From an uncultured Candidatus Binatia bacterium (lineage in GTDB: Bacteria > Desulfobacterota > Binatia > Bin18), in contig OZ241744.1 in the NCBI GenBank assembly GCA_965200965.1, forward strand, positions 2,272,001 through 2,336,000: a stretch of DNA of 64,000 bases. Reading direction: 5' to 3'. Shown here in pieces: positions 9,728 to 19,644 of the stretch (the stretch's first letter is position 1; each line of letters begins with the position of its first letter). The translations under genes and the position numbers were made by a program. The notes under the pieces were generated by a model. That model saw only the letters and a program-made list of their open reading frames with translations. It ran no database searches and had not been told where the DNA came from.

Positions 9728-10477
9728 GTGCAGGAAACGCGGCAAGAACTCACTGCGGGCATTGTCATCATCGGCAATGAGATTTTGTCCGGCAAGACGA
9801 CCGATTCCAACTCAACCTTTCTGGCACAGGAGTTGCGCAAAATTGGTGTGAACCTGCGTCAAGTGACTGTCATTCCGGATGAATTAGACCTGATTGCCGC
9901 CACCGTGCGTCACTTCCACCGACAGTTTGACCTCGTCTTTACCTCGGGCGGGATCGGCCCAACCCACGATGACATCACGATGGAGGGGATTGCCGTCGGC
10001 TTAGGCCGGCGGATCATCCGCCACCCGGTCCTGGAGAGCAAGCTGCTCGAACACGCGGTCAAGCGCACGCCCAACCCCGCCTATATGCGTATGGCCGATG
10101 TCCCGGAAGGCGCAGAACTGCGATCAGAGGACAGCCTCCGTTTTCCAACCGTCAAGGTCGAAAACGTGTATATCCTGCCCGGCATCCCGGAAATTTTGCA
10201 GCAGAAATTCCTGGCCCTCAAAGACCGCTTTACAACAAACCCGTATTATCTGAAAATCATCTACACCAACGCCTATGAGAGCAATATCGCGGCGTCCCTC
10301 AACGATACCCTTGCGCACTATCCTGAGCTGCTCCTGGGCTCCTATCCAAAAATCAACAATCCAGACTATCGGGTCAAACTGACGCTTGAGTCAAAAGACC
10401 AGACCTATGTTGAGCACGCCTTTGCCCACTTGATGAATGTCTTACCTCCGGGTTGTGTGGTGAGGACAGAAGGATGA
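9728..10477 (+). CDS. molybdopterin-binding / CinA-like N-terminal domain protein
   Basis: IIGNEILSGKTTDSN, TSGGIGPTHDDIT and LPGIPE motifs; no PncC C-terminal domain. Confidence 0.88.
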   Translation: MQETRQELTAGIVIIGNEILSGKTTDSNSTFLAQELRKIGVNLRQVTVIPDELDLIAATVRHFHRQFDLVFTSGGIGPTHDDITMEGIAVGLGRRIIRHPVLESKLLEHAVKRTPNPAYMRMADVPEGAELRSEDSLRFPTVKVENVYILPGIPEILQQKFLALKDRFTTNPYYLKIIYTNAYESNIAASLNDTLAHYPELLLGSYPKINNPDYRVKLTLESKDQTYVEHAFAHLMNVLPPGCVVRTEG

Positions 10478-10489
10478 GAGGAGGAACCC

Positions 10490-10891
10490 ATGAGAAACAC
10501 GCTACAGCGCTGCGTTTGCAGCGGAATCGTTGCGGGGCTGTTGGCCTGGCCGAATCCGGCGAGCGCCCAGTACTTTGAAGAGACGGACCTGGGAACGGTG
10601 CCAGCCGGCGCAGACCAGAATCAGTACCTCGAAGATGCCGGTATCGGAACGGCAACCGTCGCCGCCAATGTGGTGTATATCCCGGCGAAACTGGGGTATG
10701 CCCTGCTCGGCGGGCTGACCGGAGGCGTGGCCTACGCCTTGACCGGGGGGAATAAGGAAGTGGCGGAGCAGGTCTGGAATCCGTCAATGGGCGGCAACTA
10801 CATTCTTAACGCAGACCACCTGCGCGGTACCGAGCCGATCTATTTCAGCGCCCCGACCCAGCCCCCGGACGGGAGACAGCGCAGGCGGTGA
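10490..10891 (+). CDS. exported hypothetical protein
   Basis: Signal peptide ending ASA-Q; RBS GAGGAGG. Confidence 0.65.
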   Translation: MRNTLQRCVCSGIVAGLLAWPNPASAQYFEETDLGTVPAGADQNQYLEDAGIGTATVAANVVYIPAKLGYALLGGLTGGVAYALTGGNKEVAEQVWNPSMGGNYILNADHLRGTEPIYFSAPTQPPDGRQRRR

Positions 10892-11493
10892 AAACCGGGC
10901 GGTGGGCGGTTCTTGCCCTGTGTGTCATCGGCGGCGGCTTTGTCAGCGTCCGCTTTTACCAGCTCAGGACCGCGGCTACCGTGTGGGACGTACCAGCCGC
11001 CGAGATTCTCAGCGAGACGCTTGACAAACAGGACGATACCCTGCGGGTTGAGTTCACCTCTCGACTCGACGCCCCGGTGGCGCGGGTCATGCGAGCGCTG
11101 ACTGAGCCTGAACGCAGCCGGGAGTTCGACGACGCGGTGTCCCGCTCTGAGCTTGTCCACCACCACGGCAACCGCAAGGTGGTCGCGTTTGAAATACGGG
11201 TCTTGGGACGCCCCCAGGAGAGTGTGCTGGCCTTTACTTTTCTGCTCCGCGAGAATCGGGTGCTGATCGAAACGGTTGAAAATCAGTTGACCGAACTGCA
11301 CGGGGAGTACGTTTTAGTGCCGTCCCCGGACGGCACTAAAACCCTGCTGACCTACCGGGCCTCAGCCACCGATAAGACCCATATGCCGATTCCCGTGGGC
11401 ATGCAAAAAAGTGCCATGCGTGAAGCCTTTGTCCTGACCCTGCGGGGCCTCAAAAAAGGGCTGGGCGAGCAGCAGGCTCACACCCAGTCCTGA
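10888..11493 (+). CDS. SRPBCC/START-fold (polyketide cyclase-like) membrane-anchored protein
   Basis: N-terminal hydrophobic anchor; LDAPVARVMRALTE and GEYVLVPSPDGTKTLLTY patterns. Confidence 0.65.
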   Translation: MKTGRWAVLALCVIGGGFVSVRFYQLRTAATVWDVPAAEILSETLDKQDDTLRVEFTSRLDAPVARVMRALTEPERSREFDDAVSRSELVHHHGNRKVVAFEIRVLGRPQESVLAFTFLLRENRVLIETVENQLTELHGEYVLVPSPDGTKTLLTYRASATDKTHMPIPVGMQKSAMREAFVLTLRGLKKGLGEQQAHTQS

Positions 11494-11598
11494 GCGGTCC
11501 CACACCCCTGGCTAAGCCAGCCGCAATCAGCCCAGAGCCGTTCAGCTTGCGCCACCGGGCCACTTGGGCTACACACACCGGCATGGGAAGGGAGCGAG

Positions 11599-12792
11599 AT
11601 GAAAGCCCTTGTGTTCTCTGCTGAGCGGCAGCGCAAAGCGGCTCCCGCCTATCTGCCCGGTCTGGCCAATCTGAGCCTGAAAGAGGTCCCAAGCCCGGCC
11701 CTGCCCGACGACAACTGGGTCGTGGTCAAGAGCAAAATCGCCGGCATCTGCGGCAGTGATCTCGGCTTCCTCCAGTGGAAGTCCATGCCGGCGGCCGAAC
11801 CCTATTTTCAACTGCCCATCATCCCCGGCCATGAGTTGTTCGGCGAGGTTGAAGCCGTTGGCCGGCGGGTAGCCGGGCTCCGTCCCGGCCAGCGCGTGTC
11901 CATTGACCCCAGTCTGGGCTGCCGGGAGCGGGGCTTCCGCAAGCAGTGCCGGCAGTGCAGAGCCGGCAACCCCGGCATCTGCGAGCATCTGGCCGAGGGC
12001 TGCCTCAAACCCGGCATCCTCATCGGCACCTGCCCGGACACCGGCGGTGGCTGGGGCGAGTATTTTGCAGCCCACAGCCGGCGTCTCTTTCCGCTGCCGG
12101 ACACCATTGGCGATGACGAAGCCTCCCTGCTTGAGCCGTTCTCGGTCTGCCTGCGGGCCGTGTTGAACAACCCGCCCCACAAGAGAGAGCCGGCTGTGGT
12201 CATTGGGGCCGGGACGATCGGCCTGATGACCATCGCCGCGCTCAGGGCGGTTGAACCGGGCTGTCGGATTGCATGCGTGGCCAAATATCCCTTCCAGGCC
12301 GAGCTGGCCGGCGCTCTGGGGGCGGACGATATCATTGATGCGCAGCGCGAGGATGTGATGGAACAGGTCGGTGCCCTGGCCGGCACCAGGGTCTACAGGC
12401 TGGCCGGCGGCGGAGCACTCCTGGCCGGCGGCGTGCGCCTGGTCTACGATACCGTCACCAGTTCCCTCACCCTGAACCAGGCCCTGCGGATGGTGCAGGG
12501 CAAAGGCAGCCTGATCGTTCTCGGCCTGGCGGCTCTGCCCGAGGGTGTGGACTGGACGCCGGTGTGGATGAAAGAAGTGTCTATTGTCGGCAGCCTGACC
12601 TATGGAACCGAGGTCTTTCAGGGCAAGCGCGCCAACACCTTTGCCCGGGCGATTGAGTTTGTCGCCAGCCGCCGGGCCGATCTCCGCCCTCTTCAACCCC
12701 GCAAATACCCACTCAATCAGTACCGGCGGGCGCTAGGCCAAGCGGCCAGAAAAAAAAGCTCAGGGGCAGTCAAGGTCTCGTTTGTGCCCTAG
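11599..12792 (+). CDS. zinc-binding alcohol dehydrogenase (MDR family)
   Basis: GICGSD, GHE, Cys cluster and GAGTIG motifs. Confidence 0.92.
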   Translation: MKALVFSAERQRKAAPAYLPGLANLSLKEVPSPALPDDNWVVVKSKIAGICGSDLGFLQWKSMPAAEPYFQLPIIPGHELFGEVEAVGRRVAGLRPGQRVSIDPSLGCRERGFRKQCRQCRAGNPGICEHLAEGCLKPGILIGTCPDTGGGWGEYFAAHSRRLFPLPDTIGDDEASLLEPFSVCLRAVLNNPPHKREPAVVIGAGTIGLMTIAALRAVEPGCRIACVAKYPFQAELAGALGADDIIDAQREDVMEQVGALAGTRVYRLAGGGALLAGGVRLVYDTVTSSLTLNQALRMVQGKGSLIVLGLAALPEGVDWTPVWMKEVSIVGSLTYGTEVFQGKRANTFARAIEFVASRRADLRPLQPRKYPLNQYRRALGQAARKKSSGAVKVSFVP

Positions 12793-12810
12793 GACAGACC
12801 AGAGAGTCAC

Positions 12811-13809
12811 ATGAGCACAAGGACGCCGGCCGTTGCCGTCATCATCCCGGCCTGGAATGAAGCCTCCACCATCGCCAAGGTCGTGACGGACTTCCGGGAG
12901 GCGCTGCCGGGGGCGCGGCTCTCTGTCTATGACAATAACTCCAGCGACCCTACCGCCCGGGCCGCCCGGGCCGCTGGCGCAGAAGTCCGCCCGGAGCCGC
13001 GGCAGGGCAAAGGCCATGTGGTGCGCCGCGCTTTGGCCGACATTGAGGCCGATGTGTATGTGCTGGTCGATGGCGACGCAACCTATGACGCGCCGAGCGC
13101 GCCCGGGATGGTCGAGTTGCTGCTCGCTCAGCAGCTCGACATGGTCGTGGCTCGCCGCCGCTTGACCGGCAAGGGAGCCTACCGCCCCGGGCACCAGTTC
13201 GGCAACTGGCTCCTGACAGCGACCGTCCGGCGAATCTTCGGCTCTGGCCTGAACGACCTGTTGTCCGGCTATCGGGTTTTCTCCCGGCGGTTCGTGAAGT
13301 CATTCCCCACCCCGAGCACCGGATTTGAAATCGAGACCGAGCTGTCAATCCACGCCCTGGCCTTACAGCTTCCCGTTGCGGAAATCGACACCCCCTATTT
13401 TGCGCGCCCCGAGGGCAGCCACAGCAAGCTCGGCACATGGCGCGATGGGGTGAGCATTCTGGGAACCATCTTGCGGCTGTTTGTCTTCGAGTGCCCGTTG
13501 CGCTTCTTCTCGCTGCTGGCCCTGGCACTCGTGGTGGCGGCCACTGTCCTGTTCGCGCCAGTACTCGTTGAATACCTCCAGACCGGGCTGGTGCCCCGCC
13601 TCCCCACCATGCTCGCCGCCGCCAGCGTCTACACATCCGCCTTCCTCAGCATCGTCGTCGGTGCCGTCCTGCATACGACCGCGCTCGGTCGGCTTGAGGC
13701 CAAACGCCTGGCCTATCTGGCGGTCAGCCCTGCCGGATACGACTCAGCGGCCGTGGGCGACTTCGAGGCACAAAGCCCGGCTCTCAACAGAGACGTGATA
13801 CAAGTGTGA
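12811..13809 (+). CDS. glycosyltransferase family 2 (polyprenol-phosphate glycosyltransferase-like)
   Basis: IIPAWNE, YDNNSSD, DGDATY; two C-terminal TM helices. Confidence 0.9.
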   Translation: MSTRTPAVAVIIPAWNEASTIAKVVTDFREALPGARLSVYDNNSSDPTARAARAAGAEVRPEPRQGKGHVVRRALADIEADVYVLVDGDATYDAPSAPGMVELLLAQQLDMVVARRRLTGKGAYRPGHQFGNWLLTATVRRIFGSGLNDLLSGYRVFSRRFVKSFPTPSTGFEIETELSIHALALQLPVAEIDTPYFARPEGSHSKLGTWRDGVSILGTILRLFVFECPLRFFSLLALALVVAATVLFAPVLVEYLQTGLVPRLPTMLAAASVYTSAFLSIVVGAVLHTTALGRLEAKRLAYLAVSPAGYDSAAVGDFEAQSPALNRDVIQV

Positions 13810-13815
13810 CGAACC

Positions 13816-16167
13816 ATGCGAGACAAAGACCTCCAGGCCCTTGAGTTTCCCGCGGTGTTACGGCTGCTGGCCGACTGCGCGGTGTCCGCGGCCGGCCGGG
13901 AGGCGTGCGCGGCGATTCGCCCGGCCACCGACCCGGACCAGATTGAGCGGAACAGTGAGCAGACCTGGCAGTTCTTCCGCCTGCTGGAAGAGCAGCTCAA
14001 GCTGCCCCTGCGCGAGTTTCCAGACCTCAGACCGGCCCTGCAAGCGGCCAGCCACGCCGGGGCGGTCCTGGAGGGGCCACGGCTGCGCGACATCCAGACT
14101 ACGCTTGGGGTGTCACGCCAACTCGCACAGTTCTTTCGGCGTCATGCCCGGCACGCGCCGCTGCTGGCCGACTTCCCGGCCAGCCTGCCGGCCCTGCCGG
14201 ACTTGGAAGACGCATTGACGCGCTGCCTGGACGACAGCGGCACACTGAAAGATGAGGCCAGCCCGGCCCTGCGCACCCTGCGCCGCAAGGCGCGAACCCT
14301 GCGGGAAGAGATTGAGCAGCGCCTGTCCGCCCAGCTGCGGTCGTCGCAGCTCAAGGATGTGGTTGCCGACCGCTATATTACGCTTCGCAACAACCGCTTT
14401 GTCATTCCGGTCCGGGCCAATTTTCATTCCCGGCTACAGGGGATTGTCCAGGATCGTTCCGGGTCGGGCGAGACCGTCTTTATCGAGCCGCTGTTCGCCG
14501 TTGCACTCAATAACCGGCTGACCCTGGCCAGCAAAGAGGTTGAGGCCGAAGAGCGCCGCCTGCTGGCCTGGCTGACCGGGCTGGTCAGCCGGGAGCTCAC
14601 CCAGCTCGAGCGCCTCTTCAGCGCCCTGACCGAGCTTGATGTACTGCACGCCAAGGTTGTACTGGCGCGTCAGCAGGGCGGGACGAAACCGGGCTTTGGC
14701 GGTACAGCCTTTCGGCTGAACAAGGCCCGCCACCCGCTGCTGCTGGCCTCTGGCCGGCCGGTCGTGCCGATTGATCTGTCCATCCCCCAGGGCAAACTCG
14801 GCCTGATTATCACCGGTCCCAACACCGGCGGAAAGACCGCCGCCCTCAAAACCCTCGGCCTGCTGTGTCTCATGGCCCACAGCGGTCTGCTCATCCCCGC
14901 AGAAGAGGACAGCCGGCTGCCCTTCTTGCGCGGGGTGTTCAGCGATATCGGTGACGAACAGTCGCTGGAGCACAACCTGTCTACGTTTTCCGCCCATATC
15001 ACCAATGTGTCCGCCATCTTACGCACCGTCAGCCCGCCGGCCCTCATCGTGTGTGACGAGCCCGGCGGCGGGACCGACCCGATTGAGGGCGGGGCGCTGG
15101 CCTGTGGTCTGCTCGGCCACCTGAAAGAACAGGGCATCTTTGTTGCCGCTTCAACCCACCTGACACCGCTCAAACTGTTTGCTCTGGCCGATGGCGACTA
15201 CCAGGTCGCAGCCGTCAGGTTTGACCTGGAAACACTCAGCCCGCACTACGCCCTGGACTACGGCACGGTCGGCCAGAGTCTCGGCCTGCCAATGGCCCGA
15301 CGGCTGGGTCTGGCGGAGGAGGTGTGTCGCGCCGCGGAGGCATCCTTCTCCCTCGAAGCACGCCAACTGGCCGAGGCCATGAGCAGGCTGGAAACCGCCC
15401 AGGCCGCGCTGGACACAGAGCGCGGCCTGGTGGCCGAGGAGTGGAAACAAGCCGCGGCCCTGCGCAAAAAACGCCACACCCTGCTGACCGAGGCCGAAGA
15501 GAACACACGCCGCCTCTGGCACGACGAGCTGGCCGAGGCCAAGGCCCTGGTGCGCAACCTGCGTGAACAAGGGCGCGCCCTGGTTGCCAACCTGGGCCGC
15601 CGGGTGGCCGGCCCACAGGCCGAGCGGCACAACGCCCAGCGCGGCTTACACCACTTCTTACACGAGCAGGGGCGCGCCATTGCCAGCAAAGAACACGCCC
15701 TCCGACCGGCCGCCAACAACAGCCTGACACCGCCCCAGGTCGGCGATCAGGTTGAAGCCCGGAACGGTAAAATCCGGGGCGAACTCGTCGCCCTGAGCGG
15801 ACAGCGGGCGCGCGTTCGGAGCGGCGGGCTGACCTTTGACATCGCACTTGGTAAGCTGCACAGGGCTGACAAGGTCAAACGCCAACGGGCGATCCATGTC
15901 ACTGTCCACCGGACAGACACCGTTCAGCCGGAAGTCAACCTGCTGGGTTTGCGCGTGCAGGAAGCCCTGCCCCGCTTGGCCGAGTTCCTGGACCACGCCA
16001 TGTTGAGCCGTCGCTCATCGGTCCGCGTCGTCCACGGCTCTGGCAGCGGAGCCTTGCGCCGAGCGGTCCAGGATTTCCTGTCCCAGTCTCCCTACTGCGC
16101 CTCGTATACCGAAGCCCCGCAGAACGAGGGGGGCGGCGGGGCAACGATTGTCAATCTGACCGGCTGA
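13816..16167 (+). CDS. mutS2: endonuclease MutS2 (ATPase, coiled coil, KOW-like, Smr)
   Basis: ITGPNTGGKT, DIGDEQSLEHNLSTFSAH, DEPGGGTDP; C-terminal Smr VHGSGSGALR. Confidence 0.95.
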   Translation: MRDKDLQALEFPAVLRLLADCAVSAAGREACAAIRPATDPDQIERNSEQTWQFFRLLEEQLKLPLREFPDLRPALQAASHAGAVLEGPRLRDIQTTLGVSRQLAQFFRRHARHAPLLADFPASLPALPDLEDALTRCLDDSGTLKDEASPALRTLRRKARTLREEIEQRLSAQLRSSQLKDVVADRYITLRNNRFVIPVRANFHSRLQGIVQDRSGSGETVFIEPLFAVALNNRLTLASKEVEAEERRLLAWLTGLVSRELTQLERLFSALTELDVLHAKVVLARQQGGTKPGFGGTAFRLNKARHPLLLASGRPVVPIDLSIPQGKLGLIITGPNTGGKTAALKTLGLLCLMAHSGLLIPAEEDSRLPFLRGVFSDIGDEQSLEHNLSTFSAHITNVSAILRTVSPPALIVCDEPGGGTDPIEGGALACGLLGHLKEQGIFVAASTHLTPLKLFALADGDYQVAAVRFDLETLSPHYALDYGTVGQSLGLPMARRLGLAEEVCRAAEASFSLEARQLAEAMSRLETAQAALDTERGLVAEEWKQAAALRKKRHTLLTEAEENTRRLWHDELAEAKALVRNLREQGRALVANLGRRVAGPQAERHNAQRGLHHFLHEQGRAIASKEHALRPAANNSLTPPQVGDQVEARNGKIRGELVALSGQRARVRSGGLTFDIALGKLHRADKVKRQRAIHVTVHRTDTVQPEVNLLGLRVQEALPRLAEFLDHAMLSRRSSVRVVHGSGSGALRRAVQDFLSQSPYCASYTEAPQNEGGGGATIVNLTG

Positions 16168-16172
16168 GGGCT

Positions 16173-16892
16173 ATGCCGCTTCCCCTGGCCACTCGGAATC
16201 TGCTGGCCGAACTGATCCTCGATGCCCTGGACAGCCCAACCGCCGCCACCGCGGTCCGCTGTCTGGCCGCCTACGCCCGGACCATAGGGCGGACACCGAC
16301 GGTGATAAGCTCCGGCCAGCTCCTCCTTCCCGCTCCCACGGCCGAGCGAGAGCAGGTTCGGTACTACCTGCAAGGCCACGCCCTGTTGAGCTGGCGTCAA
16401 CGCGGCCCGGTCTGGCAGACAGGGCTCGCCGCGGCCCTCAGACCGGACTGTGGCCAGGTCGCGGCCAGGCTGCGGCAGTACGGACAAGCCCTGGAAGACT
16501 GGCAGCCCCGACCGGAGGTCTCCGGGCTCGAGCTGGCCGTCCGCAAGGGGGCAATGCTGTTTAACCATCGGCTCTTTTTTGAGGTCCACGAGGTGTTGGA
16601 AGCCCAGTGGATACACGAGGTCGATCCTGAGCGGCGCTTCCTGCAAGGGCTGATTCAGATTGCGGTGGCATTCTATCACCTCGGCAACCGCAATCTGCGC
16701 GGAGCGGTATCGCTCCTGGGTGACGGCCTGGACAAGATCAGGCCGCATGCCCCGGCCTGTCTGGGGCTGGAGTTGTCCGATTTTATTGCTGGGCTGGAGC
16801 GGTGCGGCGAGGAGATTCGGCGGCTCGGTACGCAGGAGCCGGGGCAGTTTCAAGACGACCACATCCCCAGGCTGCGGCAAAGTGCATCCTGA
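16173..16892 (+). CDS. DUF309 domain protein
   Basis: LFN..LFFEVHEVLE..W...LQGLIQIAVAFYH. Confidence 0.85.
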   Translation: MPLPLATRNLLAELILDALDSPTAATAVRCLAAYARTIGRTPTVISSGQLLLPAPTAEREQVRYYLQGHALLSWRQRGPVWQTGLAAALRPDCGQVAARLRQYGQALEDWQPRPEVSGLELAVRKGAMLFNHRLFFEVHEVLEAQWIHEVDPERRFLQGLIQIAVAFYHLGNRNLRGAVSLLGDGLDKIRPHAPACLGLELSDFIAGLERCGEEIRRLGTQEPGQFQDDHIPRLRQSAS

Positions 16893-16932
16893 TGACCAGT
16901 TCATCAGGAAGAAATCACACGCGCCGGCTGAC

Positions 16933-17430
16933 TCAGCCGTCTTTCACATACTCCTGCAACCAGCCTGCCTCTCTCCCGCGTCTGACAAACTCGGCGACCG
17001 AGCGCCCCGCAATCTGGGAGAAGGCAATCACGTCGCAGGTCTCGAGGTTATACATGCACGCCCGGTCCTGATTCTCCATAAATCCCAGACGGCTGAGCAA
17101 TTGCTGAATTGAGGGCATCCGCAGCATTTCGGCCTCGGTCAGGATGCCGGCGCGTTTTTTGTCCGGGGTCTGTGCCTCATCCTCACGGTCGGGTTTGCGA
17201 ATGACAGCCACTTTGCATAAGTCCTCAACCTCATACCAGCCCCGCAGCCGGGCCTTGTCCCAGGCCACGCAGACCAGGTCCATGCCCAGCGAGATTTCCA
17301 CAATCCTGCCGCTATCAGGACCTGTAACGCGATACGCGCCGCCCAGCGTGACCCGTTGCCGCTCGGGCAAAAACACCTCATCGCCAAGGTCGGGGAGCAG
17401 GTTCGGCATGGCAGGCTCTCCTTCCATCAT
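16933..17430 (-). CDS. hypothetical protein
   Basis: 165 aa ORF, start possibly at the internal ATG after GGAG; SH3-like beta N-terminus by eye. Confidence 0.5.
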   Translation of the reverse strand: MMEGEPAMPNLLPDLGDEVFLPERQRVTLGGAYRVTGPDSGRIVEISLGMDLVCVAWDKARLRGWYEVEDLCKVAVIRKPDREDEAQTPDKKRAGILTEAEMLRMPSIQQLLSRLGFMENQDRACMYNLETCDVIAFSQIAGRSVAEFVRRGREAGWLQEYVKDG

Positions 17431-17504
17431 GTCTCACAATCGCTCCTGGGTACACAGGATCCCGGGGCGTCCTTCGGATCATGCCCATCCCTCCTGATGA
17501 CCGA

Positions 17505-18317
17505 TCAGCTTCGATTGGCGACGCTGATAATTGACGTTTTCCAGACCTCGACCGCCGGCTGGCCGTGCAGATAATACGCCTGATAAAATGTCACCCACTC
17601 GTCCTCGCCCCGTTTCCACTTTTCAGCAGGCGTGCAGCGTAACTCGACCGCATCGTCAACCCGAATCAACTGCCGGGTCAGCATCGTGCTGCCGGTATGA
17701 ATCCAGAACGGCATGACAAACTGATGCTGGACCGCCATACTGCCCTGGACCATCAGCAGGCCCGGGTGGAGCGGCGGGGTGTCTCCCTCTACATACAGCG
17801 GCAGCACATCGTGGGTCAACGCGCAGTAGGTCTGCTGCTGAGCCGCGGTCAACCTGAAACGAAACGGGCGGAACGGCCTGTTCAGCGTCATGCGCTGCCA
17901 GGTTCCGAGCTGCCGCTCGCCCTGCCAGTCCGACGCCTCAAGGTCGGCCAGGGGGTCTGGCCCGGGCAGTGTCGCGGGGATATGGGTCTGCATCTCGATC
18001 AGTTCCCGGCCGTCTGCGTTGGTGGCCCGAAGCTGAAAAGCCGGCCTGTCTGCGGTCTGGGTGATGTGGGAGGTGACGTAATCGTCGTCATAGGCCGGGG
18101 CTTTAAAGCGCAGGCTGAACCAGTGGCGGCTCAACCAGCGCTCTCCATAGCGCTCAATGAGGGGCCGGACCATCTGGCCATAGACAATCGCCCCGCCAAC
18201 GATGGAGCCCTTGAAGCCCATCGCCTGAGCGCTCTCACGGCTATGGGCCTTGTTCTCGCCCTCTCGGGTGTTGCGGGTCTGAAAAACGTAGGGGGCAAAG
18301 GTGTCGTGTACGCTCAT
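17505..18317 (-). CDS. double hot-dog (MaoC-like) fold protein
   Basis: NKAH...AQAMGFKGSIVGG and LRFKAPAY motifs; second half WIHTGS. Confidence 0.7.
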   Translation of the reverse strand: MSVHDTFAPYVFQTRNTREGENKAHSRESAQAMGFKGSIVGGAIVYGQMVRPLIERYGERWLSRHWFSLRFKAPAYDDDYVTSHITQTADRPAFQLRATNADGRELIEMQTHIPATLPGPDPLADLEASDWQGERQLGTWQRMTLNRPFRPFRFRLTAAQQQTYCALTHDVLPLYVEGDTPPLHPGLLMVQGSMAVQHQFVMPFWIHTGSTMLTRQLIRVDDAVELRCTPAEKWKRGEDEWVTFYQAYYLHGQPAVEVWKTSIISVANRS

Positions 18318-18344
18318 GGGGCTTCCTCGTGTGATCGAATACCA

Positions 18345-18640
18345 TCAGGAAAAGAAGAGCTTGAGAATCCCCACAGCCAGACCTGCCACAACCGCCATTC
18401 CGCCAAGCACTCCTCCCAGGCACCAGACCTTGACTTTCTCAACGTCTTCTCTGGTAGCGAGGTACCGGAGGGTCCCTTTTACGCTCTGGAGATCCTCTCT
18501 GGCAGCGGGATACTGGACATGCGTCCCAGGCTCGCCAGACGGGCTTCAATGCTGCTCCCACCATTGCCCCCGCTTGAACGGGCCGGGACAGCCGGCTCTG
18601 CCTGACTCCCGTCTCCTACCCGCAGGGATGATTCGCTCAT
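18345..18640 (-). pseudogene. frameshifted small coiled-coil + C-terminal TM protein
   Basis: MSESS...GGNGGSSIEARLASL continues in another frame as THVQYPAAREDLQSVKGTLRYLATREDVEKVKVWCLGGVLGG...LKLFFS*; one base missing near 18525. Confidence 0.6.
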
Positions 18641-18947
18641 TCTCTTTCCTCTGCCTGTCCGAGCCAGTCCCAAAGAGAGCGGACGCTGTAGCCCCGGCAT
18701 AAGCCATGTTCAGCCTGAAAACAACACCACGAGCAGTCTCGATGCGGTCATCGCCCTTCAGCCCGACGGAGACCGCAATGGTTTCTGCAAGAGCGTCACC
18801 CTGCACCAGAAAGAATGTATCGTTCAGCCGATATCAGACCTGACCCGATTTCTGTCACAGAAACACAGCAGGTGCAACCGCGGGGACTGCACGACCGCCT
18901 CAGGACAGTATGCGGATGGGGCGGGGCGGCCATCACGCCAGTGATCT

Positions 18948-19499
18948 TTACAGCTCGGCCAGGAGCCCCTTGACGTTGGTCACGGCGACGACGCGCCAGA
19001 CACCCTGGTCAGACTTCTGCATCCGTATCTCGATCTGCTCCCCGTTTTGCAGGCGGATGGGGAAGCGACGGATGCCGTCCCGGGTCTCGCCGGCAAAGAG
19101 TGCGCCAAGAATCGCCACCGTCGGAATAGCCGGCAGTTGGCGGCTCTGGTCACGCACGGCCTGTTCAACGACAAACCCGGCACCGTCCGAGACGAGGCCG
19201 CGCAACTCAGCCCCGAGGCTCTGGAGGCCCTGCCGCAACAGGTCGGCCAGCGAGCCTCCACCGCCGTCCCTGTCGGGTGGGGAACTGAGGCCGAGTTCGT
19301 CAAGCGCGTGGCCGACGACGCTGTCCACATCAACATAGCGGGCAAAGCGCTCATAGTCATGGGTCTCCAGAGCGCGCCGGATGTGGTAGACTGCATAGGA
19401 GGGGGTGAAGGTCCAGGCCAGCCCCGCGGCCAGCGCCAGTGCCAGACAGCCGCCAAGGACGACAACGCCCCGCTGTGATCGCTGGTGCAGATGTTCCAT
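18948..19499 (-). CDS. DUF2939-like membrane-anchored protein
   Basis: TM helix followed by TPSYAVYHIRRALETHDYERFARYVDVDSV. Confidence 0.7.
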   Translation of the reverse strand: MEHLHQRSQRGVVVLGGCLALALAAGLAWTFTPSYAVYHIRRALETHDYERFARYVDVDSVVGHALDELGLSSPPDRDGGGGSLADLLRQGLQSLGAELRGLVSDGAGFVVEQAVRDQSRQLPAIPTVAILGALFAGETRDGIRRFPIRLQNGEQIEIRMQKSDQGVWRVVAVTNVKGLLAEL

Positions 19500-19559
19500 G
19501 ACTGCTCGTCATATACGAGGAAGGCCCCTGCCGTCCAGCCATGCCGCCCGGCAAACCTC

Positions 19560-19588
19560 TTGACACAATTCCGACAGGAGGTGACAAT
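19560..19588 (+). promoter_or_regulatory. putative sigma70 promoter (TTGACA-N17-GACAAT)
   Basis: Perfect -35, 17-nt spacer, 4/6 -10, upstream of the diiron gene. Confidence 0.55.
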
Positions 19589-19644
19589 GACGAACAGGTT
19601 CACTATTGCAACGCTTCGGTCAACCACCACAAAGGAACACCCCC

